Counted from the first letter of the stretch, positions 1-10,355 are shown. The stretch is DNA of 64,000 nt from an uncultured virus (IMG/VR IMGVR_UViG_3300022555_000013) (IMGVR_UViG_3300022555_000013), one strand, 5' to 3'. Notes: generated from the sequence alone by a model not told the origin. Made by a program: numbers and translations.

Positions 1-1
1 C

Positions 2-331
2 TTCGTTAAACCACTTATCTTCAACAGCTTTTGCACCACTCCAATACATATCATCAAACTGTTTATCATATGAACTTTGAACGATTTTATTGTCATTATC
101 ATATTTTACATCAAATGCTAAATCTGATGGTAATCCTTTATAGAATCTAACCAATTGATCTTCATATAAAGAATTTTTGCTTATTTGAAAATGCTTATAC
201 TTTTCATCACTAAGCTGCTTATTGGTGTCAAATGTTTCTAAGTATAATTTATAATCAGAACTAACAACTAATTTCAAATTAGTAGTTAATCTTGGGTTTG
301 TTTTGAGTAGCTGAAAACTTCTATTTATCAT
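2..331 (-). CDS. 5' part of a probable virion structural protein (runs off the window edge)
   Basis: ATG at 331 overlaps the TGA of the upstream gene (ATGA). Reads MINRSFQLLKTNPRLTTNLKLVV... and stays open to the window start. Not in the ORF track. Confidence 0.7.
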   Translation of the reverse strand, partial: MINRSFQLLKTNPRLTTNLKLVVSSDYKLYLETFDTNKQLSDEKYKHFQISKNSLYEDQLVRFYKGLPSDLAFDVKYDNDNKIVQSSYDKQFDDMYWSGAKAVEDKWFNE

Positions 332-3300
332 GCACCTAACGCCCCTCCTTGAGCAATTGTTCCACCACCAGTACGAACTATGTATGTGTAATTTCTATAA
401 ATTTTAAATACTAATTCGAATTCAAACGGACGTGATGAGTTTTCAATTTCCGCAAAAATTTTCAATCGCCTTGTAACAAATGATGAGGTGGTTGTATTTT
501 GTGGAATATAAACGGCTGGATACGCTGATGTGCTTCCAGTTGACATTTTAAAATATATGATAATTGGTAGAGTTATTATACCATTCGCATCAATATATTT
601 AACACCCCCCTTATCAGAATACACAAAATTGCTTATATCTACAATCTTTGGGTGAACAGAAGTCAAGAATGCTGTTGGGCCTCCAATCCCCCAGTTTTCT
701 GTTGTGGATGATATTCCAGTCCACGGTAACGACATAATGCTTATTGGGTCTGCATAACTTAGATTGGCATCAGGTGAAGTTCTTCCAGAAATACCAACAT
801 TATAATTATTTGATGATAATACTGAATTTTGCTCATTAATATAATTAGCCTGATTTGATGTAAACCCAGACCAGTATATTTGCTGTGTGCCAGTAGAATC
901 ATCAATCCAAATGAATTGATTGTCTGTCTGAGCATATAGAATATCATTTTCATCAACATATGTGGCTAATGATCCTTTTGCTACAACAGGATTATAAAAC
1001 CTATTATCTGTTGTGCTCGTTGGAACAAATTTTCTATAAGAAAGTAGACCCAACTGGCTGCTTTTTGCAACATTTTGAAATTGAATATAATAATCCTCAA
1101 TTCCTTGTACACTATTAATGTAATTACGTGTACCGCCACTTGATTGTGCACTTTCTTCACACCTGACTGTTATTGTTACTGATGCTCCATTGGCAATAGT
1201 AGTAGGAACAGTGTCTTTAAATAATGTGACTGTAAGTTCACCTTTTGAACGAAGAATTTGCTCTTCTAATGAGGCAATTCTTGTATTTAAATTTATCAAA
1301 TATTGATATAATGTAAGCATATTTCCCGTATCATCCTTAAACGATGTCCCAAGATTTATATCCATATGGGCAATATATTGATCATTATTGTAAAATGACT
1401 GTTGCAAGTGATTTGATAAACCTTTAGCATTCAATTTGTTTTCAAGTGCATTTGCAATTGTATCATCTTGAGCTTCTTGTAATATTATAGAATTTTCATC
1501 ACCAATTTGTGATAAATCCGTTGGAAATCCAATTGTTAACACATTACTCCAGTCAGATTCAATCGGAGCATCGGGCCAACCAACTTCAGATATTGATTTA
1601 ATTCTAATTTCAACAGTTTCACCATTCTGAATAGCAATATCCAATTGATTAATATTAGGGGTATCTGCGTTAGACACATCTTCAATTACCCACGTCCAAA
1701 CATCCAAAACACTATTATATAATCGTTTTCTGGCATCGGATAAAAATTGATTCCAGTTTGAAAAATATCCAGTTGTATTTACAATTTGGGTTGTAACACT
1801 TGGATTTGTAAATGCTCTTGTCTGATCAGAAATATCACCAGTTGTTGTGGTTGTGTTATACGTGGTTTGATTCATTGTTAAATTAAACCCTTCGGTAGGT
1901 GGCTCTGACCCACCAGTCTTACTATAGCGATACTGCACTTTAAATTGTACAACTTCTTGCTTTGTTTGATATCCTTCATACCCAGTCAAAACTGGCTCTG
2001 GAAAACTCCAAAACCCACGAATATGATATTTTGGGGCTATGGTAGGGGTTGATCCTTCATTATTAATTCTCGACACTAATGATGATAATAATTTTGTTTG
2101 ACTATCCTGTTCTGAAATTAGTGTGTTTAATTGGGTTTTAGCCGCAGATTTTTCAGAATTTGACTTAAACTGAGCCATGTTAACATTTCTGGTTTGCTGC
2201 GTTACAGCATCACCAAGTTGTTCAATTCTTGATTTAACTGCTGACTTTTGAGCATGTAATTCTCTGAGCTGTTGAGAATTTTTTGTGTCAGTTAAATGCG
2301 TATTAATCTGAACAACTTTAAAGTTCGTTTGATTTAAAACTGGGGCATTTGGAATTTTTCCAAATTTACTTGGAATATTCTTAACAATCATATCCTTTAA
2401 AATTGCGCCATAATCAAAAACAGTCTCAGTATAGTACTTTGTCATTGATATTTTATTATTCGTATCCAAAACCAAATCGTTTGTATAATAGCAAGTTCCA
2501 AAAGAGAATGTAGATGAAACAATATTGCTATCTGTATTTATAGGTTTAACAAAAATAATATTATATTCATCAAACCCAATAGATACCTTTATTGTTTTAT
2601 CAGTAATTGGTGGACTATATATTTTTAACCCCTGTGCCATAATCGGGACTGGTTCTAAACCTTCTGTTCTTTCTAAAATAATACGGAAATTGCTTTTAGC
2701 AGTACTGACTTCTTTTATTTTCCATTTGGTTGACGAGTTCTTTTTATTAATAATAAGCTCATCACCTATTGATAATGTTCTTGTGTTTCCAGAATAGTCA
2801 TAATAAGTAAGAGTTCCAAGAGTATACCACATTTTGTTGTTGATAGTATCATTATCCACCCCAATAACATCGAATACGCCATAATACTGAAGCTCACTAT
2901 AATCCAATGAAAACACTTGTTCATCATATGGCTCATTGGCTCTAAGAATACCATAATTATTTGGGTTATTATACCAAGTTGTGAAGTCATCGATAAATAT
3001 ACTATTCTTTGTCAGAAATTTATCTTCAAAATCTTTTTTAGATGCTTGTGCATCACTTGTATATACTCCATTATCATCTTTTTGAAATTTGATAATATAT
3101 CTTCGGGATAATATTTTTGTTACCTTATCTTCAATTTTTCCTGTCAAATCTATATTAACAGCCAATAATGGATTGGATAATGATTCAAAAAATGAATTAT
3201 TGATAGATGTAAATGATTTTACGGTATTTAATGCGTCTATTGGCTCAGGTTCACGATTTAAATCATCAACGTAAACTTTTCTCATAGTTGTACCATCACT

Positions 3301-3564
3301 AACATAAACATTATTATTATTTAAGCCAGCCAACTTTTGGATATTTCGATTTGCTTGGTCTAATTCACTTTTCAATTGACCAACACTTGGGAAATTGAAA
3401 GTTGTAGTGGTACCATCGGGATTCAGCATGTTGACATTTATAACCGATTTGTCACTTGAGCATACATCATTTAATCGGGATATTATTTCTACCGAATTTT
3501 TATTCATTTGAGCCATTTGTTCGGCTACTGCTACAAACGTGTTCTTTTGGTTTATATTTGCCAT
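328..3564 (-). CDS. large probable virion structural (baseplate/tail-type) protein
   Basis: 1078 aa, T/N/S-rich beta-type composition with coiled-coil segments; late-type TTATATATAA upstream. Function is inferred only. Confidence 0.5.
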   Translation of the reverse strand: MANINQKNTFVAVAEQMAQMNKNSVEIISRLNDVCSSDKSVINVNMLNPDGTTTTFNFPSVGQLKSELDQANRNIQKLAGLNNNNVYVSDGTTMRKVYVDDLNREPEPIDALNTVKSFTSINNSFFESLSNPLLAVNIDLTGKIEDKVTKILSRRYIIKFQKDDNGVYTSDAQASKKDFEDKFLTKNSIFIDDFTTWYNNPNNYGILRANEPYDEQVFSLDYSELQYYGVFDVIGVDNDTINNKMWYTLGTLTYYDYSGNTRTLSIGDELIINKKNSSTKWKIKEVSTAKSNFRIILERTEGLEPVPIMAQGLKIYSPPITDKTIKVSIGFDEYNIIFVKPINTDSNIVSSTFSFGTCYYTNDLVLDTNNKISMTKYYTETVFDYGAILKDMIVKNIPSKFGKIPNAPVLNQTNFKVVQINTHLTDTKNSQQLRELHAQKSAVKSRIEQLGDAVTQQTRNVNMAQFKSNSEKSAAKTQLNTLISEQDSQTKLLSSLVSRINNEGSTPTIAPKYHIRGFWSFPEPVLTGYEGYQTKQEVVQFKVQYRYSKTGGSEPPTEGFNLTMNQTTYNTTTTTGDISDQTRAFTNPSVTTQIVNTTGYFSNWNQFLSDARKRLYNSVLDVWTWVIEDVSNADTPNINQLDIAIQNGETVEIRIKSISEVGWPDAPIESDWSNVLTIGFPTDLSQIGDENSIILQEAQDDTIANALENKLNAKGLSNHLQQSFYNNDQYIAHMDINLGTSFKDDTGNMLTLYQYLINLNTRIASLEEQILRSKGELTVTLFKDTVPTTIANGASVTITVRCEESAQSSGGTRNYINSVQGIEDYYIQFQNVAKSSQLGLLSYRKFVPTSTTDNRFYNPVVAKGSLATYVDENDILYAQTDNQFIWIDDSTGTQQIYWSGFTSNQANYINEQNSVLSSNNYNVGISGRTSPDANLSYADPISIMSLPWTGISSTTENWGIGGPTAFLTSVHPKIVDISNFVYSDKGGVKYIDANGIITLPIIIYFKMSTGSTSAYPAVYIPQNTTTSSFVTRRLKIFAEIENSSRPFEFELVFKIYRNYTYIVRTGGGTIAQGGALGA

Positions 3565-3632
3565 ATGAAGTATTCTATTTTTTTAGTTATATATAAAAAA
3601 AAGTTCCCCAAAAGCAACAAAAAAATTAGGAT

Positions 3633-4020
3633 TTATAAATCGAATTGACGTGTTCTTGTAAATAAGTTAGATTCCTTGTCAGTTGCAAGTCTCATCACTC
3701 TGGATGGTGGTATCCAATCTTCATTTCTGGGTCCAGCGGGAAAGTTTGACCTTATCACATAATGATAGTTTAAAAAATTTATTATTTTACCAACCTTCTT
3801 ATCAGTTATCCATTCTTTATCATAGCAACTAAATATCCTTATAAACTACAATATCACCAGCCTTATATTTAAGATTGTCTGGTGGGGCAATAATCATAGA
3901 TTGGCTTAGATTTAATGCCCCCCATGGTAAATTAAGATTACTATTATTTGCACTCATAGCATGCAATGATCGTAATGGCTTGACTTTATATTTTTCTTCG
4001 AATAGCTTTAAATATTTCAT
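3633..4020 (-). pseudogene. frameshifted small protein with MKYLKLFEE leader and RQFDL C-terminus
   Basis: The track ORF stops at TAG 3829. The +1 frame from ~3845 continues IRIFSCYDKEWITDKKVGKII...RLATDKESNLFTRTRQFDL* to TAA 3633-3635. Confidence 0.7.
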
Positions 4021-4712
4021 TTGACTATTATTACAAATTGAAGTTGTTCTGACTCATCATTAACACTACATTCGACTTTAGGCCCCCACTTTTGCTTTTG
4101 ACTCCAGTCGTGAAGTGCCATAAATGGTCTATTGCTTTGGATATCTTGATCACTGTAAATACTTTTATCAAATGTTTTAATGACACGATTATCAACAATT
4201 TCTGTCTTTATTGGTTTGTGCTCAGGTATAAAATCTTTAATATCTTCTTTGATCTGCCTTAAAATATCGATGTTTCTTAAATTTATTGAATTAATCATTC
4301 CACCAATTGAACTAACAGCTTTATATTTAATAATTGATCTGAAATATCTTGGAGATGCAACAAATTCACCTGTGACATAACTCTTTTGCGAATTACTATC
4401 CAAAAATCCATATCTAAACGTTGATTTGTCCTTAACACCAAAAAAGAAAGCCAATTTATCATCTTTGCGATCCAGCAGTGTTTTATATGTACTTGCTAAT
4501 GAATGTTTATATTTGAAAACCTCAAGAAGCTCTCTAACATCAGATATTGTTTCGGTTGAGAAATAATACTGATATTTATAAAGTTTTGTGTAATGGTCAT
4601 TCAACATGAAATTATACCCATGATTACCTATTACCTGAAGAAGACTAAAAAATGAAAATTTTCCAGATAATTCATTAGAACTTTCATTTACAAATCCAAC
4701 GTATTTTTTCAT
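4017..4712 (-). CDS. hypothetical protein (MKKYVGFVNE leader)
   Basis: 231 aa, ATGA-coupled within the late operon. Confidence 0.75.
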   Translation of the reverse strand: MKKYVGFVNESSNELSGKFSFFSLLQVIGNHGYNFMLNDHYTKLYKYQYYFSTETISDVRELLEVFKYKHSLASTYKTLLDRKDDKLAFFFGVKDKSTFRYGFLDSNSQKSYVTGEFVASPRYFRSIIKYKAVSSIGGMINSINLRNIDILRQIKEDIKDFIPEHKPIKTEIVDNRVIKTFDKSIYSDQDIQSNRPFMALHDWSQKQKWGPKVECSVNDESEQLQFVIIVK

Positions 4713-5080
4713 TGAAATTTCTCATATGTTTTTAAGTATCTGAATACTTTTTCTTGCTGTAATTGATTAGGTACATCATTAATAGCGTCTTTATTAAACG
4801 CATTAGTTTTAACCCTTGTAGCATCAGTATCCAAAATTGATTTGGCTACAGTTTCTATATCATCACCTCTTTCACAAGCTTTTTTTATATCAGCAGCAAA
4901 ATCAGACATTCTTTGATCATCTTTTTCTGGAGAATCCCCCTGTGTAACCATTAAATCGTTAAACAATTGTGGGTCAATTCCTTTATATTTAGGGTCTTGC
5001 CCGATCAATTCTTTGATTTTATCCTGTACCATATCGAAATATTTTTTAACTTTTGTATCTACTGTTAATTCCATTACCAT
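4709..5080 (-). CDS. hypothetical protein with C-terminal RYLKTYEKF motif
   Basis: 123 aa in the late operon. Confidence 0.75.
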   Translation of the reverse strand: MVMELTVDTKVKKYFDMVQDKIKELIGQDPKYKGIDPQLFNDLMVTQGDSPEKDDQRMSDFAADIKKACERGDDIETVAKSILDTDATRVKTNAFNKDAINDVPNQLQQEKVFRYLKTYEKFQ

Positions 5081-5097
5081 TTTTTTATAATTATTTT

Positions 5098-5538
5098 TTA
5101 CATATCAAATCTATTTCCTATACTATTCGATTCATATTCCTTTTTAATTTTATCCATACTTTTAGTAAACTCATCAATATTAGCACTAAAATTTAATTCT
5201 CTAAAAAAATCTCCATGATCACCAGTATTTATTGTACCTATTGTAAATATACATATACCATTCAATCCTTTTTCAGACTGTGGGTTAAGATATATATTAA
5301 ACAACTTAATCCCATAATTATTCTCAAATTCAATTTTAAATCCTATGGTTTTATTTGGGGCTCTATAAAAATTACAAAAACCTCTTGCTGAATTAAATGG
5401 AAAATAGTTCATTTGAATTATTTTTAATTTTTTGATAAAATCTTCAATATATTCCATTGTCACATCATTGAATTTAATTTCACATACCAAGGATGTTCTT
5501 GTATTTTTCCAGCCTTCATTAAATCTTTCTATTTTCAT
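5098..5538 (-). CDS. hypothetical protein (MKIERFNE ... RFDM)
   Basis: 146 aa, both terminal motifs present. Confidence 0.75.
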   Translation of the reverse strand: MKIERFNEGWKNTRTSLVCEIKFNDVTMEYIEDFIKKLKIIQMNYFPFNSARGFCNFYRAPNKTIGFKIEFENNYGIKLFNIYLNPQSEKGLNGICIFTIGTINTGDHGDFFRELNFSANIDEFTKSMDKIKKEYESNSIGNRFDM

Positions 5539-6350
5539 AAATCAAATCTTTTCATTGCCATTTCTTTATTAAACAGTTCAATACTATCAGGTTTCATCAA
5601 ATCTGAAAATTCATTAAGAACTTTCAATAATTGATAGTGACTTAGCCCACAATTTTCCCGTTTCCTACTGAGGTCATTTATTTTGATATTTCTCCATTCA
5701 ATGTATCCCTTTGGTGTAAGCCCGTCACTTATTGAAAATGAAAATTGCGTATCATAATCATGCTCATACATATCAAAATTTATATTGTATGAAATTCGTT
5801 TTTCTGTACTTGGCTTACCAAGTATCATCTCTAATGTAATAGTATCTTCTTCACTAATACTAAATTCTTTATCTTTTTTATTTGATGTACAGAGAACTAA
5901 TTTTTCGATATCCATCCAATAATTATGGTCATAATCCCGTTTAAATTTTTCAATATTTCTAATCAAATTTCCAATTTTGTTGGTATATTCCCAACCTCTC
6001 AAAAAACTTTTTAATCTTGGATTCCGCTTAAATTGATCAGCTATTTTTTTTAATGAATATTCATAAATTAAATCTCGTATATCATTTATTGCATCTTTAT
6101 ATTTTATTCTAAGCTCTTCCTCATAATTTCCTTTTGTCTTCCGTTTATCATCCAATCTTTTAAGCCTTGTTCGTTCTTTTATTACGGCTGGATCAAAATC
6201 TTTATATTTATCTTTAGCATATTCTAACCCCTTATTTTTCATAAGTGATCTGAACCTATCTGTCATATCTGGATTTTCGGTCTTTACTTTATCCATAAAT
6301 TCAGTTTCTGATGAATTACCAACTATATGATATTCAAATATTGTATTCAT
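5535..6350 (-). CDS. hypothetical protein (MNTIFE ... RFDL)
   Basis: 271 aa, ATGA overlaps at both ends. Confidence 0.75.
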   Translation of the reverse strand: MNTIFEYHIVGNSSETEFMDKVKTENPDMTDRFRSLMKNKGLEYAKDKYKDFDPAVIKERTRLKRLDDKRKTKGNYEEELRIKYKDAINDIRDLIYEYSLKKIADQFKRNPRLKSFLRGWEYTNKIGNLIRNIEKFKRDYDHNYWMDIEKLVLCTSNKKDKEFSISEEDTITLEMILGKPSTEKRISYNINFDMYEHDYDTQFSFSISDGLTPKGYIEWRNIKINDLSRKRENCGLSHYQLLKVLNEFSDLMKPDSIELFNKEMAMKRFDL

Positions 6351-6694
6351 AAATCGAACCTCCCGATTGCTTTTTTTCTTTCATACTCTTTAACTTCATC
6401 GTCACTTGGGGATTTAAATCTATTAACCCAACCAATACTAACCCAACCATTATATAAACTACCCTCATATTTACCAGAAATTATTACACCATCAACAAAT
6501 ATTGATGAATCTCCGTCCTCATCAGTTATTTTACCTATCAAAGTAGAACTAATTTCAGTTGGCTCATCATACACCGACCATATCTCCTCTTTATCAGTTA
6601 TTGTTGCCTTAGTCATAAATATGTGCAACTTGATATAATTACCAATATCAAAACTTTCATTACATTTTAAATACAATTCAAATAGTGTTATCAT
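6347..6694 (-). CDS. hypothetical protein (MITLFE ... RFDL)
   Basis: 115 aa, first gene after TAATATATA at 6704-6712. Confidence 0.75.
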   Translation of the reverse strand: MITLFELYLKCNESFDIGNYIKLHIFMTKATITDKEEIWSVYDEPTEISSTLIGKITDEDGDSSIFVDGVIISGKYEGSLYNGWVSIGWVNRFKSPSDDEVKEYERKKAIGRFDL

Positions 6695-6703
6695 ATATTG
6701 TAT

Positions 6704-6712
6704 TATATATTA
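6704..6712 (-). promoter_or_regulatory. putative late promoter TAATATATA (representative copy)
   Basis: Exact 9-mer lies shortly upstream of start codons at 6704, 10382, 19810, 24228, 34474, 42755, 44983, 46895, 47896, 57542 (minus) and 20557, 34538, 37077, 42799, 49998, 50931, 51656 (plus). Confidence 0.7.
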
Positions 6713-6724
6713 AAAATAAAATCG

Positions 6725-6752
6725 AAACAATACCACCATATTTAACTATAAA
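6725..6752 (+). promoter_or_regulatory. putative middle promoter AAAC-N18-TATAAA
   Basis: Same 18-nt spacing upstream of several replication genes; this copy precedes the helicase. Confidence 0.65.
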
Positions 6753-6798
6753 AAGAAAAATAAATGAATCGATGCATTTAAGAAAATAATTAATAATA

Positions 6799-8436
6799 AT
6801 GATTCAAATAAATGATAAAACTGTATATTTTCCAATTAAATACATACCCAAAAAATATCAATTAGATGCTCTTGAATTTACCAAAAAATCAATTTTAAAT
6901 GGTAAAAAGAACATTTTATTAAATTTGCCCACTGGAAGTGGAAAATCATTCTTTGCAGTCGCCATGCTTGCTAACTGGTATAAGAATTTTATCAATAACG
7001 ATGCTAAATTTGATATCATCACAAATTCTAAGGTCCTTCAAGATCAGTATTTAAAAGACTTTCCATTCATCCGAAATCTAAAAGGGATGTCAAATTACTT
7101 TTGTGATCCGTATGACACAGACTGCTCTAATGGCAAAGAAATATGTAGGGTATTAAAAAATCATGAATGTGGAGAATGCCCATACGATTCAGCCAAATTT
7201 AGGTGGATTCACAGTGAAATAGGGCTAACGAATTTTCACATGTTTGACACATTATCATTATTTCAAAAAAGCATCATCAACCAAAGAAATTCGAATGTCT
7301 TAATTGTTGATGAATCTCAGGAATTTGAATTGATATTTAGTTCTTATCTTGGCACAGCTTTAAGTGCCAGAACTTTAAAAAAATGCGGATTCAATCAAAG
7401 TGATATTGAAAAGATGGATGAAAAAATTAAAAAAATAAAGACTTTAGATAAATATGTTGACTATATCGAAAATCATTTAATTGATAGCTTAGAAACAAAA
7501 AAAGAAGAATTTGAATTAACACTTGATAAGATCGGGGATTTAAAAAAGAAAAAAGAAGTTGGGTCTTATATTCAAAGTCTTCAAAGCAAAATACGTTCAT
7601 ATAAGTCATTATTCGTTGCGTATAGAAACGATCCAGATAATATTGTTCTGGAAATCGATATAAACAAGAAAGAAAAACATTATTCTGGGGTTGAATTGAC
7701 ATCGCAGTTTGTATGGGCCTACAATCAAATACATGAGCAAGTTTGGAAAAACTATGATCATATAATTTTCATGTCAGGAACAATTTTAAATAAGGAGATG
7801 TTTTGTTATTTAAATGGACTTGATGAAGAAGTTACAACATATTATGAAATAAATAGCCCATTTTCTTTGAAGAATAGACCGATTTATTATATAAAAGTTG
7901 GTAAAATGAGTTATAATAGCAAAGAAGAGACATTCAAAAAACAAGTAGATTTTGTTGAAAAGATACTTAAGAAATACCAAAGTAAAGGGATTATTCATAC
8001 TGTTAATTATGAATTGACAAAATTCATACAAGATAATATTTTAAATGAAAGATTTATTTTTCATGAAACTGAAAATAGAGATCAGATGCTTGAGAAGCAT
8101 TTAAAAAGCCCAGAAAATACTGTTCTCGTTAGTCCATCTATGATGAGTGGTATAGACTTGAAAGATCATCTGGCAAGATTTCAGATTTTAATGAAAATCC
8201 CATTTCCAAGCCTTGCTTCGAAGAAAATAGTTGCCAGAAAGAAATCAAACCCAGATTTTTATGTATATAAAACTGTGTGTGATTTAATACAAGCTATTGG
8301 CAGGGGCGTTAGATCAGAAACCGATTACTGTGATACATTTATATTAGATGCTAATTTATCCGATCTGCTAAGATATAACTCACGAATGATACCAAAATAT
8401 ATTCGTGACGCTATCAAAGAATTAAAAATTACCTAA
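6799..8436 (+). CDS. DinG/XPD-like SF2 DNA helicase
   Basis: Q motif KYQ, Walker A LPTGSGKS, Cys cluster (Fe-S), motif II variant VDESQ, MSGT, SGIDL, KIPFP, QAIGRGVRS. Confidence 0.9.
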   Translation: MIQINDKTVYFPIKYIPKKYQLDALEFTKKSILNGKKNILLNLPTGSGKSFFAVAMLANWYKNFINNDAKFDIITNSKVLQDQYLKDFPFIRNLKGMSNYFCDPYDTDCSNGKEICRVLKNHECGECPYDSAKFRWIHSEIGLTNFHMFDTLSLFQKSIINQRNSNVLIVDESQEFELIFSSYLGTALSARTLKKCGFNQSDIEKMDEKIKKIKTLDKYVDYIENHLIDSLETKKEEFELTLDKIGDLKKKKEVGSYIQSLQSKIRSYKSLFVAYRNDPDNIVLEIDINKKEKHYSGVELTSQFVWAYNQIHEQVWKNYDHIIFMSGTILNKEMFCYLNGLDEEVTTYYEINSPFSLKNRPIYYIKVGKMSYNSKEETFKKQVDFVEKILKKYQSKGIIHTVNYELTKFIQDNILNERFIFHETENRDQMLEKHLKSPENTVLVSPSMMSGIDLKDHLARFQILMKIPFPSLASKKIVARKKSNPDFYVYKTVCDLIQAIGRGVRSETDYCDTFILDANLSDLLRYNSRMIPKYIRDAIKELKIT

Positions 8437-8475
8437 ATTTTTACTTTTCAATTTTTTTTATACGAAACTATTTAC

Positions 8476-8483
8476 TACTTTTG
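8476..8483 (+). promoter_or_regulatory. Bacteroidota-type -7 promoter element TAnnTTTG (representative copy)
   Basis: TACTTTTG. Further intergenic copies at 14652 and 14717 (-), 39858 (-), 56694, 56996, 57604, 62335, 63636 (+), several preceded by a T-run plus AT(T/A)CG. Confidence 0.65.
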
Positions 8484-8549
8484 TACCGTAAAACCAAAAT
8501 GGCATTATGAAAGAAATAAATAAAATGTTTCATATAAAATCCAATTGTT

Positions 8550-9263
8550 ATGGAAAACGTAAAGAAGATTATCGAAAAACTAAATGAACTGATCGGCAAT
8601 GCCAACATCAACTTGGTTCTTTTAAATGATATACACAAAAAGCTGTATCGAGTCAACAAGGTTGGAGAACGGCCCAACAACAATGATCCAGTCGAGGTTT
8701 GTGAAAGTATCAAAGCCCAATTGAGTGAACTGAATAAACCAGATGTTGAAATTCTGCCGCCCGTAGAAAAAAAGATCGTTCAGATCAACAAGCGGGTAAG
8801 TAACACCATTAAACGTGCTGAGTTGGCTAATCTTACGCCAGAAGAAAAAACGAGACGAAAAAAGAAAATTGCTGAAGAATGGCTAAAAAACAACCCGACA
8901 TATTTTAAAAAATGGCGGGAAGGTAACCCAGAATATACAGCAGAGTGGTTGAAAAATAATCCAAATTATCACAGGGAGTGGTTGAACAAAGGTGAAAATA
9001 ACAATGATTATAAAACTCTTAGAAAGGTGTATGATAAAGACTACAACACTAAGAAAAAACTTGGTATCACTAAAGCACCACGAATTTTTCGAGCAGATAC
9101 AATTTTGGATGCCATCACGAATGGTTCCAATACCCAACGAGCAATCAGCGGTAAATTGGGTATTAATTTGCCAGCCGTCAATGTTTATATTAAAAAGTTG
9201 ATATCAAAAGGCAAAATAACCGCCAATTCGAATGGTGCTGTCATTATATATTCATTGGTTTAA
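8550..9263 (+). CDS. putative DNA-binding protein with ~11-aa W-x3-NP-x-Y repeats and a C-terminal winged HTH
   Basis: EWLKNNPTY/KWREGNPEY/EWLKNNPNY repeats; TQRAISGKLGINLPAVNVYIKKLISKGKI HTH. Confidence 0.65.
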   Translation: MENVKKIIEKLNELIGNANINLVLLNDIHKKLYRVNKVGERPNNNDPVEVCESIKAQLSELNKPDVEILPPVEKKIVQINKRVSNTIKRAELANLTPEEKTRRKKKIAEEWLKNNPTYFKKWREGNPEYTAEWLKNNPNYHREWLNKGENNNDYKTLRKVYDKDYNTKKKLGITKAPRIFRADTILDAITNGSNTQRAISGKLGINLPAVNVYIKKLISKGKITANSNGAVIIYSLV

Positions 9264-9274
9264 ATTCAATCGAT

Positions 9275-9796
9275 ATGGTCGAAATTCCCCAAGTAAACCC
9301 AAATACCATAAGAATGGCAAACCTTAAAAAGATTGCCATTTTTATGGGATATCGGTATGATCCACACAACGAGTGGTCAGGAACTTGGTTTCGTAATACT
9401 GGAAGTTCTTGGGTTGTTAAAGGCTCCATAGAGCATGAATCTAAAACCACATTGAATTATAATGCGGATTGGGGTATTCTGATGGAAGTTTGGGAAAGGA
9501 TCGCAGCAATGAGGAAGGCATCAACTCAAAAATCTGATTATTCAGAGCACAATCTTGTTCCTGAAATGTGTCCAACAATTGATGAAATGACAATTGGACC
9601 TGTCGGATGCCTTATCAGGGCACGAATTGGTAAGGAAAAATTTACGGCATTTAATGTTATTGGTGATAAATTAAGGGCACGTGATGGTATTTTTACCCTT
9701 ATTCAAGCAACTTATACCACTATATTAGAATTTGTCGATTGGTATAATGACGTTTTTCTTCCGATTAAAAACACTGAAAAAAGATTTGATCTATGA
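9275..9796 (+). CDS. hypothetical protein ending KRFDL
   Basis: 173 aa ORF. Confidence 0.75.
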   Translation: MVEIPQVNPNTIRMANLKKIAIFMGYRYDPHNEWSGTWFRNTGSSWVVKGSIEHESKTTLNYNADWGILMEVWERIAAMRKASTQKSDYSEHNLVPEMCPTIDEMTIGPVGCLIRARIGKEKFTAFNVIGDKLRARDGIFTLIQATYTTILEFVDWYNDVFLPIKNTEKRFDL

Positions 9797-10202
9797 ATAG
9801 CCGATGGGATTGGACAGCTAACGCCAGAACTGACAAGGAACTAAAGGAACTTGCTAAAGATTTGTATGATATGAAAATATTCACATCTTTTCAATGTGAT
9901 TCCCATGATATGCTTATGGTATTTATGCCATTGTTATTCATTAATGCTCCACCAAGCAAACGAATAAATTAAATTATATGTCCGATAAGCAACAATACGA
10001 ATCTGAAACTCCTGAGCGTGAAGCATATATTGCTGGGATTGGAATGATTTATGAATATTACGACAAGGCAGGACCCAGAGGAATAAACGGTAAGCCAATT
10101 TTCAGTAGCTGCCAACTAATGTCAAAAGGCGATGCCGATAAATTTGTTGAAATTTACAAAGAATATTGTAAAGCCAGAGAAGAATTCGAAAAGAACTTTT
10201 AA
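9793..10202 (+). pseudogene. conserved phage-type protein split by a frameshift near 9960
   Basis: 9793-9972 reads MNSRWDW...IFTSFQ...MVFMPLLF. Another frame is open through NKLNY into the 9978-10202 ORF (IGMIYEYYDKAGPRGINGKPIF). The two look like halves of one protein. Confidence 0.55.
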
Positions 10203-10355
10203 TTATTTCTCTTTTTTTATTAGCCCCGCCCATTTTTTTTCCACTTCCGATTCTCTTAATTCATATATTTCGTCATATTCACAAAGGCAAATATAAATCA
10301 TTATCCCATCCTTGATATATTTTCCCAATATCTCTGGGTATTTCCTCTTTTCCAT
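10203..10355 (-). CDS. small hypothetical protein (likely start MEKRKYPE)
   Basis: TAATATATA at 10382-10390 precedes this internal ATG of the track ORF 10203-10442. Confidence 0.5.
   Translation of the reverse strand: MEKRKYPEILGKYIKDGIMIYICLCEYDEIYELRESEVEKKWAGLIKKEK

Noticed and set aside
3829..3831. TAG-to-Gln recoding as in Lak-type phages
   Set aside because: Long genes are intact in the standard code, thyA ends at its canonical C-terminus with TAG, and readthrough here meets TGA two codons later.
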